Assembly (NCBI GenBank): GCA_003354135.1
Contig: PIVK01000004.1
Coordinates: 31,187 to 95,186 of the forward strand
Source of the DNA: Rhodospirillales bacterium
GTDB taxonomy: Bacteria > Pseudomonadota > Alphaproteobacteria > Rhodospirillales > GLO-3
Length of the DNA: 64,000 nucleotides
Reading direction: 5' to 3'
The notes beneath the pieces are model-generated. The model was given only the letters and a program-made list of their open reading frames with translations, did not search any database and was not told the origin of the DNA. The position numbers and the translations under genes were made by a program. Positions 62,748-64,000 of the stretch are shown here, in pieces. Positions within the stretch are counted from its first letter, which is position 1. Every line of letters starts with the position of its first letter.

Positions 62748-63629
62748 TTACTCGATATTCTGAACCTGTTCGCGGAACTGCTCTATGGCCACCTTGAGGT
62801 CGAGCCCGATGCGGGTCAGTTCGACATCCGACGACTTGGAGCAGAGCGTGTTGGCTTCGCGGTTGAACTCTTGGCACAGGAAGTCCAGCTTGCGCCCCAC
62901 CGCACCCGGCTGGACGAGAAGGTCCCGCGCAGCGGCAACATGGGCGGTCAGTCTGTCCAGTTCCTCGCGCAGATCCGCCTTGGCGGCCAGCAAAGCGACT
63001 TCCTGAGCAAGCCTGTCTTCGGGCATGTCCCCAACCAAGCCCCGCACCTGCTCGACCAGCCGGGCCCTGAGCGCGCCCGGCTGCACGGCCGCTAGGGTTC
63101 GGGCCTTGGCCTGAAGGGACTCGATCTCGTCCGCCAGACCCGAGAGTACCGGCGCCAAGCGCTCCCCTTCCTCGGCCCGCATGGCCGCCAGGTTATCGAT
63201 CGCCTCGTCCAGGTCCTCAAGAATTCTGGTCTCCACGGCAGCACGGACCTCGTCCGACGGCTCTTCCTCCAGGGGCTCCATGACGCCGCGCAGGCCCAAA
63301 ATCCCGTCGGCGCTCGACGGGGCGATGGTGGCCACCTTCTCTTCGATCTCGGGCAGAATCCGGATCACCTGGTCCAGCGCCTCGCGGTTGATCCGCCACG
63401 CGGCCTGGACCCGGCTTCGGACCACCTGCAGATTGAGGGTGATGCTGCCGCGCTGGAAGCGCCTCGAAACCTTATCGCGGGCCGGAATTTCCAGGAAATC
63501 AAAGCCGCCCGCCAGACGGCAGCGCACGTCGCGCCCTTTGCCGTTGACGCTTTTCACTTCCCAGGTCCAGGAGAACCGATCGTCGTGTCCCTGGACGCGG
63601 GCGAAACCGGTCATGGAGGTGATGGTCAC
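62748..63629 (-). CDS. yicC: YicC-family stress-induced protein (putative endoribonuclease)
   Basis: Contains the N-terminal SMTGFAR and the C-terminal LCQEFNREANTLCSKS and EQFREQVQNIE. Confidence 0.85.
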   Translation of the reverse strand: MTITSMTGFARVQGHDDRFSWTWEVKSVNGKGRDVRCRLAGGFDFLEIPARDKVSRRFQRGSITLNLQVVRSRVQAAWRINREALDQVIRILPEIEEKVATIAPSSADGILGLRGVMEPLEEEPSDEVRAAVETRILEDLDEAIDNLAAMRAEEGERLAPVLSGLADEIESLQAKARTLAAVQPGALRARLVEQVRGLVGDMPEDRLAQEVALLAAKADLREELDRLTAHVAAARDLLVQPGAVGRKLDFLCQEFNREANTLCSKSSDVELTRIGLDLKVAIEQFREQVQNIE

Positions 63630-63734
63630 GGCCGCCCCTTTGGTCTTGTCCCTGCCTCCCCTTTATAGCCCCCGCGGAACCGGGCAACAAGCGCGGGGCT
63701 CGCCACCGGCACGGCCCATGTCTATAAGGAGGGG

Positions 63735-64000
63735 ATGCGCAAGACCGTTCGTGACCCCCGTTCCGTCCTCATTACCGGCGCCTCCAGCGGAATCGGTGAG
63801 GCCTTGGCGCTGAACTACGCGGCGCCGGGTGTCTTCCTGGCCCTCTCGGGGCGGGACGTCGGGCGCCTGGAGGCAGTGGCCAAATCCTGCCGCGACAAGG
63901 GGGGGGTGGTGGACGCCCGGATCGTCCACGTAACCGAACGGAAAGAAATGGGGGAGTGGATCGCCGAGGTGGACAGCACTCATCCCCTGGACCTGGCGAT
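63735..64000 (+). CDS. Short-chain dehydrogenase/reductase (SDR), 5' partial at the window edge
   Basis: ATG 63735 follows AAGGAGGGG, and the sequence contains the TGASSGIG cofactor motif. The ORF runs off the window, so it is absent from the ORF track. Confidence 0.7.
   Translation, partial: MRKTVRDPRSVLITGASSGIGEALALNYAAPGVFLALSGRDVGRLEAVAKSCRDKGGVVDARIVHVTERKEMGEWIAEVDSTHPLDLA

Overview
High-GC window with alphaproteobacterial gene content and synteny. All calls come from reading the translated ORFs and the DNA; no database search was run, and species cannot be assigned.

Layout:
- 1-21 kb: housekeeping genes, namely rnd, ppx, a sixA-like gene, hda, purMN, ndk, an ABC-F gene and holC-pepA. 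This stretch also holds an orphan four-gene Tad/Flp-pilus accessory module (3.5-6.8 kb).
- 22-28 kb: an AmmeMemoRadiSam triad (amrS / amrB-amrA). About 3.4 kb of AT-richer sequence separates amrS from amrB. It carries XRE-type regulators, one of which is a LexA/CI-like protein with both catalytic residues substituted.
- 28-33.5 kb: cysQ, a candidate small RNA or leader, a sua5/tsaC-type gene, a uup-like ABC-F gene and an FAD-linked oxidase.
- 33.5-36.2 kb: a low-GC patch of broken genes (HsdR N-terminal fragment, nuclease-like ORF, frameshifted GIY-YIG gene, truncated receiver domain).
- 36.2-53.8 kb: the main item, described below.
- 54.3-64 kb: lptF-lptG-lptD-surA-pdxA-rsmA, gmk, yicC and a partial SDR gene.

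The main item is a 17.6-kb cluster of 15 genes, all on the minus strand. It combines:
- ATP-citrate-lyase-like subunits;
- a four-subunit 2-oxoacid:ferredoxin oxidoreductase;
- an anchor-less fumarate-reductase-like FrdAB pair and an erythrin-like diiron protein;
- a complete Flx/Hdr-type set (HdrA, MvhD, three Flx-like Fe-S/flavoproteins, HdrB-like, HdrC-like).

I interpret this as a reductive-TCA island with its own candidate ferredoxin-charging (electron-bifurcating) module. The one long gap inside the cluster holds a 259-bp nested palindrome with perfect 31-bp termini.

No rRNA, tRNA, CRISPR array, transposase or integrase was recognised.
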